The notes beneath the pieces are model-generated. The model worked only from the letters and a program-made list of their open reading frames with translations, was not told the origin of the DNA and did no database searches. The position numbers were made by a program, and so were the translations under genes. DNA of 63,185 nucleotides, filler included, from Catajapyx aquilonaris (lineage: Eukaryota): the NCBI GenBank assembly GCA_000934665.2. It is 2 parts of 2 records of this genome, joined end to end, with 100 filler letters (N's around TTAATTAATTAA, not from the genome) between each part and the next. Parts side by side here need not be neighbours in the genome. Positions count along the whole stretch, not along the records: positions 31,536 to 63,185 come from KZ539165.1; 1 more part is not named here. One strand, given 5' to 3'. Shown here piece by piece: positions 49,267-63,185 of this stretch. Each line of letters opens with the position of its first letter. Within the stretch, counting starts at the first letter, position 1.

Positions 49267-51868
49267 CCTGATAAATAAACGAAAGAATAATCAATTAAAT
49301 ACAAACAAACAAATAACGAATCTATATCTGTAATTATTATAAAGGGAAATTGTTTGTTTATTTGTTTGTTTGTGTTCTAGTTGTTGTTGTTTTTTGCCCA
49401 TGGCAACATGTTTTCTGCGAGAAATAGCCGTTTGTTTTTGGAAAGCACGTTTTGACCGGTTGTTTCTTGGCGTTGATACAACCGAGCAGTAAATGTGCAA
49501 AATTTATTCGCCCGGATAATTACGGGGCGATATATTTTCCGGCGTTGAAGTCTCTCTCGCAGATTTGAATTATTGGGAGGCCAGAGTGGGGTGTCACCAG
49601 AAATCATAGCCATTATTTGGGGGGTGGTACATGGCACACCCAGGATTATTTTTAGCTCCCGGAAATAAATTCCGTTTACGCTCAGGACCTCCGGACTATA
49701 ATTATTTATTGAACCCCAACCCTAAATGACATGATTAGCAATTAACTTTACTACCTGTTCAGTCATTTTAGATAAATTGTCCAGGGCAGTTGTGTTGTGT
49801 GGGGCTTTGTCAAGGTTTAAAGCCTAGTTCCAATCGGTCTTCTCTTTAATGCCAATCCTGCCTATGCTTATTAACATATGTTGACTTATGACATGCATAT
49901 GCACTTAAACATGTCAATATCTGATACGGTTAATGCATTTGCAAGGGTTAATACGAAACTGCATCAATTGCATCAAAAATGTTTCACTTAAACTCAAATA
50001 TTTGTCGGAAGTGGCCCGTGAACCGGAAGCTCATTTTTCTATAAACAAACTATACCGCGATGCACACCCTGTATGTCGTTAATTATTTTTTTTAAATGCC
50101 AGTTATTCCCAAGAGCTCCTCACAGGTTCAACCTAATGCTCGTAGCTTATACACCATAAAATAACCTCTTAAAATTAAGCAGCTACTACAACGTGAAAGT
50201 AGCTGTTTAAACAAATTAGCTAACACCACATAACAGCAACGGTTTGAAAACAATCAGCTAAGACAGGATACAGATAACGGTAAAAATAAGCAGCTAATAC
50301 CGAACACAAATCAGTGCTAAAATAGCTAATACAATTTACAGGCAACTGTTTAAATACAAAGCTAATACCGTATATAAACGAACGGTTCAAATGAGTTCAG
50401 CTAATATCGGACGCAAATAACTGCTAGAATAAGTAAACCAATACATCAAAAATACCAGTTAAATAAGTAGCTAATACAGTATGCGTATAACTGTTAACGT
50501 GAACAGCTATTTTCGTATAAATTAATGGCTAACATAAGCAGCTAATACCTTATATAATTAACTGCTGAAATAAGCAACTACTAGAGTACACAAATAACTG
50601 CTAGAATAACTAATATCCCACAAAGTAGCAGTTAAATGAACAACTAACACGTGTTCATATAACTGTTAAAGTAAGCAGCTAATACCGAACACAAATAAGT
50701 GCCAAAATAGTAGCTAATACACTTTACAGAAAACTTGAAATAAGCAACTCACACCGTATATAAATTAACTGTTTAAATAACCAGATAATATCGTACACAA
50801 ATATCTGCTAAATAAGTAACCGATACCCAACTCAGTTACAAGAGACCAATACAATTGAAAGAAAACAGCTATTTTCGTATAATTTAGCGGCTAAAGTGAG
50901 CAACTACAGTAATACCCGGTAATACCGTTTAAAGAAAACAGTTATTTTAAAAATAAGCGACTAATACCGGAGATAAGTAACTTTGACAATATTAGCAGTT
51001 GTCAGAAGTGTTTAACCACTTCAGTACTCCTGTTTACACCTGCAGTGGCACTCCCAGGTACTTCTGAGGTATTACTCTTTGGTACTCCTTGGTACTCCTT
51101 GTACACTTTACAGTCGAGTGGTTAACCACTCGAGTTATCGCGCAACAGTAACGTTTAAAAAGCAACTAATGGACTTCAGATTACAATCTGAAGCAGGAAT
51201 GAACCGGAACAATCCGGAATGAACCGGAACGTGCCGGAACGATCCGGTCACGATCCGTTCACACGGCAAAACCGTTCATTTTCGGAGTGAAGCTCAACAT
51301 TTCCGCAAACAACCTCCACCACCCTATGCTATTCTCTTCACTCCTGAGGAATGAGCAGCCTCCCAACATTTAGCTGAGACTCTAATGTTCATCCAATCAC
51401 GGCTCCCGCTTTGGCGAATAGGGTCGTTCCAGCTAAACACGCTGGATCGATGATGTGCGGGCCGTGATTGGATGGCCTCCACACCATTGCCGCCTGCCTC
51501 TTTGCCTGTCCCCCTTGTTTTCAATGAAGGATGGATATCATTCGGGCGTCAAAAGATGATCGCGGATCAAGATGGGGGTCAAAAATTCGGGGGATTCAGC
51601 CACCCTTTACTGGGACCTCAGGAAAGAACCTTATGTGATATGGCAACACTGGAGGGGGCTTAAGGGCCAATCAGCCCGCTTGAAATGTGTGACGTCACGG
51701 ATTTGATCCACCAATTACAAGGAAGCTATTGGCTGTGACGTCATAACGGGACACTTCTCCGCTATGTGATCATCGCTTCTCGTGAGATCTTCCTGATCAT
51801 GATGATCTCATGATCGATCCTGACACTGATCCCATTATTCTGAACCAAGTCTTCCTAATCATCTTAAT

Positions 51869-52232
51869 GATATCAGCAGGGAGCATATACTACATAAGAG
51901 GCGCAAATTTCTCTCGGCGCCTTTGATGTCCGCGTCTCTCTGTTTGGGGCCGTTGCCAAGGCTGGCGGGCATTTTGAAGTGTGGGGAACGCCAACGAGGT
52001 ATAAATAGGGTACAGGCAAAAATATGGTCCGCCATCTTTGATGGTTTTGGCGGCCATGGAAACTACACGGCAAGAACACGCGCAAATCAAAGATGGCGGA
52101 CCCTATTTTTGCCTGTACCCTGTTTATACCTCGTTGGCGTTGCCCACACTTCAAAATGGCCGCCAGCCTTGGCAACGGCCCCAAACAGAGAGACGCGGAA
52201 ATCGAATGTTTGCGCCTCTTTTCCTGATATCA
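51869..52232. mobile_element. Palindromic MITE/foldback of unassigned superfamily
   Basis: aagaggcgcaaa..tccgcgtctctctgtttggggccgttgccaaggctggcgg versus its reverse complement at 52160-52220; outer tgatatcag/ctgatatca. Confidence 0.8.
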
Positions 52233-53214
52233 GCATAAAAATATCATCGTCCAATCAGCGACTTGCTCCTCCCTATCCAGCGTTGCCAGCTGCTCATCCT
52301 TACAGTTTGTATTGGCTTCTACATTAATTGAACCAGAGCTTGCCAAGCTCAAAGGCCATCTGGAATTTGTCAAAACCAAAGGCAGGAAGAGGAGGCGAAA
52401 GGTCGTGGGATTCCTGGAGTCACGTCTTGTTATGAAAGTTTTAATTGTTGGTCAGGAGTTTCCCACCTGCTTGTTTAGAGAGGGAACGAACCGCTGAATC
52501 TGGTACGGATTGTTTCAAAAGTTTCGTTTCTGAGTGGGAAACCGCTTGGTTGGTCTAAGACAGGGTTGCCAACAGGCAGAAGCATCAGAGTATCTCTGTT
52601 TGTCCGGGGTGAGTCATCAGTCCTGGTAGTGTCATCTGTATGGCTTTTGAGTGACCGCACCAATACGTGCTAGTAGTACCACTACTGAGAGTGGCAGTAG
52701 TGTGTAGATCCACCATCTATGTGATAGATACGGTACTACGTTGTGAAAAGATGGCTCCACTATTTTTCCAATAGCTGATCTCATAGGTGAACCTGATCCG
52801 CACTAATTACGCCACTGCCTTATTGATCCTTTGATCCGGCTCAAATATGTAAAACTCCACGCATTGCAAATTGACATAGACTAACCGCCGTTATCTAACC
52901 GCTACTTTCAGGGTTGGAAATACAAACAACCAAAATCCTGATCCACACACAAAAAAAGGGACAAGGTGTTTCATAACGATTTACAAAATTGAATTTTGGG
53001 ATCAACGGAAGATTAATTTGCCAAGGGGTTTGATGTGGTCATTATCCGGATTATTAATAGCTATAATTAATTTAATTATCTGTTAAAATCAAAGCTGCAA
53101 ATTTATACAGAAAAATTACATATGTGAATATTATATGGACTACGAACGCATTAAAAATAATTCAGGTTTGAAGTTGATTTAAATTATTATGAAAACAAAA
53201 TGTGATTCAATATA

Positions 53215-53367
53215 CAGGGTGTTCCAAATTCGTGGGTCACTTTTTGATAACTGATATCGCCCGATAGCAGCTATATTTTTGTATAGCTTGTTATTGTGCC
53301 TATAACCAGCAGGTGCTCCATTTTATAGCAGTTTACAAAAAGTGGCCCACGAATCTGGAACACCCTG
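53215..53367. mobile_element. Small Tc1/mariner-type MITE (CAGGGTG termini, TA TSD)
   Basis: ta|CAGGGTGTTCCAAATTCGTGGGTCACTTTTTG ... CAAAAAGTGGCCCACGAATCTGGAACACCCTG|ta. Confidence 0.85.
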
Positions 53368-54664
53368 TATATAACTAATATTTCATGTAATAAAATAAAA
53401 ATAATTGTAATTTATAATTTTAATACAATACAATGCAATAACACAAGAAACCAATTTAAAAACAAATGAAAAATGAAAATAAAATAAAATAAAAATACAA
53501 TAGGATAATTACAATACAACATAATAAATACCATATACGACTAATACGATAATAAATGATAGTATAATAAATGATAGTATAATAAATGATAGTATAATAA
53601 ATCATGCTGTAGGTATTGTAGAACAAAAAATAGAAATTAAAGAAAACTAAATAACAAAATATATCGATGAATATTATTAATGGGAATAAAATAATAACGT
53701 AGTGAATAGCAAAATAACACAAATCATAAAACAACCAAAATAAAAATGACATAAGATAAAAATTAAATAAGTATTAAATAAATGAAAAATCAACCTGAAT
53801 TAAAACAATGTAGTAAACAATAAAAAGATGTTAATCTACAATAGGGTTATCACTTGAAATATTATTAATAATATTCATAAGAAAGCGTCCATTTTCTACT
53901 ATATAGGGACACAGCCTATGGCACCATAGCCTCCACCTGCATTCTTGCACCCTATAACACCCCTGCTAATGGCCAGTTTATTGTGACACTTTTTGTGCTG
54001 ACTTAGCTCCAGCCCAAATTACGCTCGTTAACTGCTTCTGCCCCAAACCTCCCAAAAAAGAAGCGCGCTTTTTTTTCTCTCTCTTTCCAACAGTGGATGA
54101 AGCCTTAGGGGGACGTCTAGAAGTCTATAGTATCCTAACACACTTTTGATAGTGAGACAAAAATCCTAGACTCTCTTAATGCGATTTTCATCTATCCCCA
54201 TCATTTTTTTTGTGCTCCCAAATTCAAAGAATGTGATTGGTAATTTGATTTGCAGGGTTGGTGTTACGTGCTCAATTTTTTTGCACGCATCTGGTTGAAA
54301 TCAGCGAGGCTTGAACGTGTTAATCTGATGGCCGAAATGCTGGCCATTAGCCAATCAATCGATTTGGCTGATCGGCTGCTCACTAGTCCGGCACCAATTT
54401 TCTGATTGTAAATCGTGCTAAATGCAAAAAGATATCGCCAGTTTTTCGGTCAGCGGATTGTTGCAAAATCGAGTTTGCAGACCATTTTTCTAGTGAGCGG
54501 AAAAAAAATCGCGGAATTTTTGGCAGTAATTAGCTCGGTAAAGGACTAGCTCAACGATTAGTTCAGCTATCATTATTTGATGGTGTGGATGGTTATAACT
54601 TGTAAATTGTGTTACTGCCTAATCTACAGGAGTTTATGTTACTAAATTATAGACAACAGCAGCA

Positions 54665-54666
54665 AT

Positions 54667-54714
<48 letters not shown>

Positions 54715-55376
54715 ATACTGCAACATATACTACCAATACTACATACTACTACATACTTCTACTACTACTACTACATACTGCAACATATACTGCGAATACT
54801 ACATACTACTGCATCCGTCTACTACTACTACATACGTCTACAACTACTACTACTACATACTGCAACATATACTGCGAATACTACCTACTACTGCATCCGT
54901 CTACTACTACTACTACTACTACATACTTCTACTACAACATACTTCTACTACTACAACATACTTCTACTACCACTGAATACTTCTACTACTACTACATACT
55001 TCTACTACTACTACATACTTCTACTACCACTTCATACTTCTACTACTACAACATACTTCTACTACTACAACATACTTCTACTACCACTGCATACTTCTAC
55101 TACTACAACATATTTCTACTACTACAACATACTTCTACTACCACTGCATACTTCTACTACTACTACATACTTCTACTACCACTGCATACTTCTTCTACTA
55201 CTACATACTTCTACTACTACTACATACTTCTACATACTACTCCTAAATTCTTCTAAGACTACTACTAACGACTACAACTACTCATACTGCTACTACTATT
55301 AGGCCTACATACCACTACGACTACGACTACTACAACTGATGCTACTACTACGCAACTGCTGCTACTAGGCTACTAC
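54665..55376. repeat. (CTA)n-derived compound micro/minisatellite
   Basis: A pure CTA run grades into tactactacaacatacttc-type units. Confidence 0.92.
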
Positions 55377-55982
55377 TTAAAATATTTAAAAAAAACGACT
55401 TAGTAAACACTTAGAACATTAAAAAATTGTTACAAATAAGAATGACAACTTTTGTCACCTCCTGTACTTCAACCTACGTCACCAAATTTTTTTGCACATT
55501 TTTTGAGAAGCGAAGCAGGGTTTCATTTGTGTATCAAAAATGCATGTGTTATGGCTCTGAGCATGAGCCTGAAAAGTTTGGCCATCAACATGCAGGAGTG
55601 CCTTCAAGACCTAATGGAAATTAAGGCCCCATACAACTTTTCTTCTTCTTCTTTTTAAAAACTCGCCGAAGAATATTTAAAAACTTGGTAAGAACAGTAT
55701 GTGGAAGTTTCCTCTACGTTTCAGCTGCAGGCTGTTCGTCATTAAAGATTCACGCTATGTACAATAGCTGCTATCACAGAACAACAACTCTGCAGAACTA
55801 CCGCTATTAATAATCACAGTGCATAATAACAGCTCTTTAATATAACAAAAGTTACTGCTATTGACAATCGCTGTGTAAAATAACTGCTATTGACAACCGC
55901 TACTGCTATTGCTTTTGGTAAGCTGTTATCGATAATAACCATGTAATATAACTACTATCTACAATATAGTCTGTAAAATAAC

Positions 55983-56019
<37 letters not shown>

Positions 56020-56384
56020 GAAGAATACCCGCCATTATTAATCACGATGTAAGATAACTGCTGGTGACAATCACGGTGTAAACAACAGCTACTAATAATA
56101 ACCGTGCAAAATAACAGGTGTTAATAATCAAATAACTGCAATTAGAGAAAACCGATGCAATATAACAGCTATTTTTCCTCTTCATGATAGTAGTTTGTAT
56201 GCTGATCATGCTATCTGTCTACTATTAAGCTATTAGCTGCTAATATTGAGTCGAATGCATCCAGAGCTGATAACAAGGTCAATAACTTTCATCTAGAATT
56301 CTGAGATTTCACTTCTTGCAGACATCAACTGGGGCTATATAAACCCCACAGTTTTTTGTGGTGTCTATTTTTTATAGATTCTTT

Positions 56385-56387
<3 letters not shown>

Positions 56388-56451
<64 letters not shown>
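56388..56451. repeat. (CT)n/(GA)n microsatellite
   Basis: Pure dinucleotide run. Confidence 0.95.
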
Positions 56452-56454
<3 letters not shown>

Positions 56455-59400
56455 GGTGGTGCCAGTGGAAGAAGCGACACCGCTGACGTTCCTTAATTGG
56501 TGGGCTGGGCTTTTGGGAGGCTCTCAGCTCGGTGCCGGCTACTCCGTAGTAACTTTTTCTTAATCCAATTTCCGCCGGCTACTTGGGCATCGAGAAGCCA
56601 CACTCGGACGAACGGCTGGCATCTTGATGGAGGACGGAGGGGTAGGAAGGGAAGGGAAGAGAGACCTTCTTCTTCTTCCTTGGTAGCTTCAGGAAGATTG
56701 GATCGCTTCAAAATTAGGATAAATGCCCCATCCCCCACCCTCTCACAGCCAGAATTATCCCACGGTGAATATGCAGCACACGGAGTTTGCCCATGTTTGG
56801 TGGGCATACCAAAATGGCATCTCCTGTACACGAAGAAGGTTGGTGTCATATTATGTGAGTTGTGCTGACGACGCGACGTGGCCCCGCCATGCACAGTCTG
56901 GCCATTAGCTGTGACAATTTTAGTTAATTGCGGCGCTGGGTTATTGGGAGTAATGTTACCGAAAAAATTACTGTCCTCCCAGTAAATAAGCAACAGATTA
57001 ATATCTAGATGTTTTAGATTGAAGAAACGGTTTTGGCCAGGTTCGAGATCGACCAGCATGTCAACTGCGACGTAGGTCCAATCGTTGATTAGCAATTGCA
57101 GGTTGGGTAAGTGTCTTAAAACGATCAGAAGTCCGTCGCTAAAGACACATGTTCCCTGCACGTTAAATGTCTTCTAGGTGCAGACAGCGTGTACTTCCTG
57201 CCGGTTCTGGTATTTCGTTGGATCCCAGGCACAAGTAGGCCATGCCGATGCATGTTACTTTCTGCCATCCTTGCAAGATTAGCGACCTGAAGATTAAGTT
57301 ACGTTTTAAAAATGATGTTATACAGACATTTCGTGGAGCTATCAGTACTTAAGCAAGGTGAGAGTGGGGTGAAAATTCTGATAGTTAGCGACAGTACAGT
57401 TCACGACTGTTCGACATCTCAGTGACATTTTACCTTAGATTTTCTAAGTGATCGCCAATTCCGAGCAAACTTCGGTCAGAACGTTCCACAAGAAATCTTC
57501 CTAGAGCACAGATAAAGACAATGTAATGTGCCGTTGCTAAACAACGTAAAATTCAAGTCGCTAAATATTTGCTGAGCGCGTAAATAATGCAGATAGTAGC
57601 CAGTGAAATGTGGTTAATCTGAAGGAAATGGAAAACGTGCAAAAAGAAGTTCAAAATATGTGTTACATGTACACTTTTGACAAGGTTGAATCCGAAACGA
57701 GGGATTTCATCAGGGGGTTGCAATTCCAGTTGGGCCAATACGCATTCCGCATTCAAATGCGTGCAAACAGACGTGCATCGCAAAACGCATCATTCCCAAA
57801 ACCTGTCAAATGCTGTTCGCATCTGGACCCAATATTAATCACTCATTACGTAAACATTGGGGCGGGGGTCATTACATCAGGTGACACGTTCACCTACATT
57901 TTACACAATTATTTACATCAGCTGTTATATTGCTCAAATAGTGTGAAATTTTCGCAAGTCTAAAATACAAATATTATTGTGAAAATTAAATGCGAATCTA
58001 TACGGAAAAGTATTGCGAAAATTAGTTGCCAAAATAATATTACTAAAATACGTAATAAATAATAAAACAAAATATGAAATTGATAAATAAGAAAAGCAAA
58101 ACAAAAATTGAAAATAATAAATAATACAAATAAAACGAAAAATTGAAAAATTAAAACAAAACAATAAAAATAATGAAAATAAAAATAAATAATAAAAGAA
58201 AACAATTAAAATAATAATAATAATAATTCTCGAAATATTCACAATTATTGCACAGGTAATTATTGCAAAAATTACTAATCATGTAAGGTTGAAAATGTGC
58301 AAAAACCGGTGCAGAAATTGCAAATTACACTATAATATTGCAATAATTATTTAAATAGCCGAAATGTATTTCATTAATATTTTGTTACTGTTCATTTTTT
58401 GCGGATACGACTCACGTAAACCCTTGCGAAAATTATTGTACAAGTTATATCGAAACATGTAGTATCGTAAATGTTGCAGAAGTTACTGCAGAAATAGCAA
58501 AAAAAAAAAATTGCATTACTCGAAAAATTCCAAACTATGTTTTATTGATATATTTTATCAAAATTATTTGGTCTCTGCAAATTATTAAACCTATTTTATA
58601 GCAATAATCCTAAGATTGCAAGAATTACGGTATCGTAAAAAATTGGCTGAATTTTTAGCTAATATAACATATCCCGTCGGGTTAAAAACAATTAAAAGTT
58701 TTTTTTGAATCCCATTCTGATTTGCGTATTCGTACAGGATTGATCGTTGGATAAATGCAATTGCGTGCGCACAACAATAATATTGTTACACTGCCGGGCA
58801 ATAATAAAATGAACATGCTCATGCATAATTGACACACTTACATATTCATCAATATTGGATAAAACTAAGTGCCTGATGTATACATTTTGGGGACATTGCC
58901 CGAACTTAACTGCCATTTTAATTTTAATAATCAATTAAACCAGGTTTATCATAAATATGATGTTACATTATAGATTATACAGTGCTTAACTGATATACAG
59001 GCTGGTTCATCGTCCATTGGTGGAAAAAAATTCAAGCTTATTACAAATAGTAACCTTTATCGACAGTATACAGTACTTTGTACTTGAAGAGTGTATCACC
59101 CTGTACTTTTTTGAAACTAAAAAAAAAACAGAATAATTCTTTCCGTTCGTGGCGTCAAGGGTGTAATCCTGCAAAATTAAGTGCCGGAAATCCCGGTTTT
59201 AAATTATTGCGAATTATGACGCGATTTTTGCATCACCGGATAAAAAGGTTTCGGAATTAAATCCTGCTTTGCAACCGAGGATCAAGAGATCAAACGAGAG
59301 GCAAACACAGTACTCGGAATTAAAATTTAAACAATTCTTGACTATAAAAAAAACTTCCGAGCGTCACGTTAATTTTGGCCAAAAAAAAAAACTCTTTTGA

Positions 59401-62400
59401 GACTCGCAAAAATTAATATGAGAATATTGCAAACTTTTTAGGTCGCATCATGAAACAGAAGCTCTATATACGCGTTTAAAACGCATGGGATTGCAATATA
59501 ATTACAAAAATTAGTCCGCACAACACCAAACTGTTGCATTATGCTCTGGTAATTATAAACCGTGGCTTAAGTTGATTAATTTGCGCCACTTTAATCCCGT
59601 TAGTTTTACGTTAAATGTGTTGCGGTTTAGACCCCTCCACTCGCATAATCAAGTGAAAATTTCGGTCACTTTCTGGACCACTGCAAGGAATGCAATGAAA
59701 GGCTTCCATTTAACGCCTCATGTTCTATGTGTTCGTAGGTAAACTTGTAGAAAAATATTGTTTAAATTTCATTCATTACCAGAATTTTTACATATTTTAG
59801 CATGGCTCTTACATTATTTATAGATTTACATCATATGTAGAATTGGCTTTGGTCTGTGCCTGTTTGTCCATGGACAAACAGGTGAGTCATCAATAGTATC
59901 AAAAGATGGAGGATGCGCCATCTATGTTAGGCATTTGGTACTACCTCCACAGTCAGGGGCGTAGTGTTGCCAAGTTTTGGCAAGATATTCACTATCGTTA
60001 ATTAATAAGCAGCACTAAATTAATTGCACAAAATATTAATAAAAGATGTTACATGAATATTAATAAATTATTGACTGCGTTAATAAAATTATTAATTAAT
60101 GACAATAAATCGATAAATAATTGATATTAATGTCAATAAATAAATTGAATGCAGTATGTAAAAAATAAATTAATTGCAGTATGTAAAAATAAATTAATTG
60201 CGGTATGTAAAAATAAATGAATTGCAGCACGTAAAAAATAAATATAAATGAATAAATTATACAAACTAATAGATAAAAATAATATTTTTAGTAAAACTCA
60301 GCCATATTAAAGTTACTAATATTCTGTTTAGTAGCGGTGGAATGCCAATATTAATTACTCAACACTCTTCAATAGTTACTAATAAATTCAATTTTTATTA
60401 TTTAAAAAGGTTCCCATAATCATTGGGTGATATATGACTGCTCGCAAAAATATTCCCGATTTTTTCATCAAATATTCGAAATGTGCTATCCATCACTNCC
60501 AGCCTTGTTTTCAGCTCTATTTACTGGCTGCAAGAACGCATAAATCCCCACCCCTCACACCCCCTCCTCCCACTATTTCAAAAAAAAAAAATCTTCCTCA
60601 AAAAAATAAGCTATACACTCCTGGCACGACTCTTGGCCAGAAAATGCATGGGCCAAACCCAGCTGATTTAAAGCCTGCCCTTGCCACTTTCCTCCAACCC
60701 AAAAATGGAGTAGTGTATGACTCCCACTAAAGGCGATATCTCCTTCAAACTATCATCCTCCACTTATTCCGGCATTAAATTCACCACATCCCCCTTCCCT
60801 CCCATCTTCTTTTCACTCTGATTGGACCATTCACTAACTCACTGCTTACAATTTAGCAAAGTTGTTTCCCGAGGCTTCCCCAGGTTTATATGCAATGGTT
60901 TTAGATATTATGCAACTTCATTTGCGCCAAATTGTTTTGCCAACCAAGGTGCTGATCGCAATGCAAGGGATTTATTATGGGCCAAAATCATTTTGGCGCC
61001 CCACATGTTGCCTAAAGGAATTACATGGCCTTGAAACAGTTGCTAATAAGTATAATACCTTTGTAATAAAATCTCACATTATTTATAATTATTTTATTTA
61101 TTTATTTATTTCTAATTTAATTTTTAGAGCCAATAAAAAAATCGCAATTTTCTTTCCCTCTAAATCATTCCCAAAAATCATATTTGCTATCCCCCTGCCT
61201 GTCCACCATACTTTTTGACCATTTCAGCACAATCCTCAGCATCAAATGCAAGCCGCTCTTGTTGCCCCCCCGATCACTTGCACCACATACCTCTCTATAG
61301 TCATACCCATCAAAAAAAAAGACCATCCCCCCAAAAATGTTGACAGCCTTTCCCTCGTTAAAAAGAAACATGTTTTGGCCTATAAAAAAACCCTCTCCAT
61401 ATGTGCACAGCCTGCAAACACGACGCGCCATCTGAAAACTGCACAATGCAAGTGGCAGGTGCTTCGTACAGCAGAATCGATCAGTGTGTATATGTGTGTT
61501 GGTATGACGTTGTGGGGGGGATGTACATATACCGTATTTCAATATGATTGGAAACATAGAGGGAGGACAAACGAGGCGAGGTCCATCCTTGCAATTAGAC
61601 AAGGTCCGCTGTTATTCATTTTAATTAGAGCGGGGGAAATGGGTGTGACAGCACATTTCATGCCGCGTGATGCATTATCCCAAGTTTGTGCACCTTTATC
61701 AGCTTCCCACTGTTGCAAGCCCCCTACCCACCCTACCCCCCTACCCAAAATAGTGGGTCCAGGTAAACAAAACTAGGGATAACAAGCTGCGCCTCAATTA
61801 TTCCTATCCGAGCGGCCCTTTTTGAAGTGTCAATTAGAGCTTGCTGCTTGTGAAACGTACGGTGGGGGAGACACAAAGGTGGACAGGTAACGAGAGGTGC
61901 ACACACACAAAAAAATATTGCAGGTTTTTTGGGTGGTGTATGCAACAATCCAGCTACGTTTAGGGCAAAAAAAAAGTTCGCCATTTTGAAATTGGCAGCC
62001 AAGACACTTCAGACCAGGGATGTAACCATCATGCAAAAGATTCAAAAAATTGGCGGAATTTCAAAAAAGCAGCTTTTAATAACAGTTATAACTGCTAGCT
62101 ATAGCTAGTTTAAATAACTGTTACAAACAAAACTGTTTCAGCAATTTTAGGTTCACTAACATTGGTTTCGCCAATAGTTGGCTTGTCCAATATTAGCTGG
62201 TTCTAACAATAGTAGTTTCAGCGATATTAGTTAATTTCTACATTATTTTTAGCTTCTCCAATATTAGTGAATATTTCTACAGTATTAATTAGCTTCTCCA
62301 ATATTAGTTGGTTTTAAGACTATTAGTTAACTTCTCCAGAATTGGTTAGCTTCTTCGGTATTAATTGGTTTTAAAAATATTAGTTAACTTCTCCAGTATT

Positions 62401-62773
62401 AGTTGGTTTTAAAATATTAGTTAACTTCTCTGGTATTAGTTGGGTTTAAAATATTGGTTTCATAAATATTACTTAGCAGCTCTTAAGATATTGGTTTCAT
62501 AAATATTACTTAGCAGCTCCGATATTAGTTGCTTGTAACAATATTATAGCGTAAGTTATTATATATTAGTTAATTTCTCAAGTATCAGCTTCTTTTATAT
62601 TAGTTGGTTTTGGCTATTGGTTAACTACTTCTGTATTAGTTAGCTTCTGCAGTATTAGTTTCTCCAATATTAGTTGGATTAACATGTTAGTTAACTTCTT
62701 CAGTGTTAGTTGGTTCTTACAATATTAGTTTCATCAATATTACTTAGATTTTCCAATATTACTTTGCTTTTAA

Positions 62774-62929
62774 CAATATTAGTAAGTTTCACAAATATTA
62801 GTAAGTTTCACAAATATTAGTAAGTTTCACAAATATTAGTAAGTTTCACAAATATTAGTAAGTTTCACAAATATTAGTAAGTTTCACAAATATTAGTAAG
62901 TTTCACCAATATTAGTAAGTTTCACCAAT
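62774..62929. repeat. 19-bp minisatellite (~8 copies) within a longer degenerate array (62090-63050)
   Basis: aatattagtaagtttcaca repeated. Confidence 0.9.
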
Positions 62930-63185
62930 ATATTAATAAATTTCACCAAGGTTGCATTCACTAATACTAATACACGTGCTGGTTACATTTAACTGTGTTA
63001 GTTGGCTTAACCAGTATTATTTACTTTCAACGATATTAGTAAGTTTCAGCTTTTCTCGGCTGTAACAGTGATGACAAACTGGCCAAGAGACAGCCTCCCC
63101 ATTTTCTGTAAGGATCTAATGAGTCACCCTGTCTTCATCAGTCCACATGGGGGGTGGGGGGGGGAGGTCTAATTGGGCTAATCTT

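Noticed and set aside
54609..55256. 215-aa Leu/Thr/Tyr-rich ORF
   Set aside because: Translation of a (CTA)n compound microsatellite.
56336..56343. TATA box upstream of the (CT)n tract
   Set aside because: No initiator at the expected distance and no downstream gene evidence.
56493..57161. 222-aa minus-strand ORF
   Set aside because: No recognisable domain, non-ATG start and no clear splice context; consistent with a chance ORF.
31536..63185. Conserved microRNA or snRNA genes in the gene-free half
   Set aside because: No match by eye to the conserved bilaterian miRNA/snRNA sequences I know; an Infernal/Rfam scan would be needed to exclude them.

Overview
Eukaryotic (invertebrate, probably arthropod) genomic DNA; no prokaryotic features. 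The left half (1-31435) holds two intact, convergent, intron-containing genes: a 3-exon GT31 beta-1,3-galactosyltransferase-like gene (+) and a 4-exon ribulose-5-phosphate 3-epimerase (RPE, -). It also holds an intron-retaining, frameshifted pseudogene of the spliceosomal U2 snRNP protein SF3B6/p14 (-) and a very dense set of non-autonomous transposons: Tc1/mariner-, hAT-, PIF/Harbinger- and piggyBac-type MITEs, tRNA-derived SINEs, Helitron-like ends and decayed LINE/transposase remnants. A 100-nt spacer containing the artificial six-frame-stop linker TTAATTAATTAA at 31436-31535 joins this to a right half (31536-63185) with no recognisable coding sequence, made of AT-rich tracts, minisatellites, a few MITEs/SINEs and regulatory-looking islands. 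The most interesting observations are (i) a ~700-bp inverted duplication of the SF3B6 promoter region bracketing a ~9.5-kb block, suggesting a staggered-break inversion or gene capture, (ii) a short TSD-flanked retroelement with a structured RTE/Expander-like 5' head and an AAACC-type tail, (iii) a nested set of foldback elements filling an RPE intron, and (iv) a recurrent CCATTTT-NN-GTCC composite motif. I found no convincing wholly new biological system. All family assignments are by eye, without database searches.
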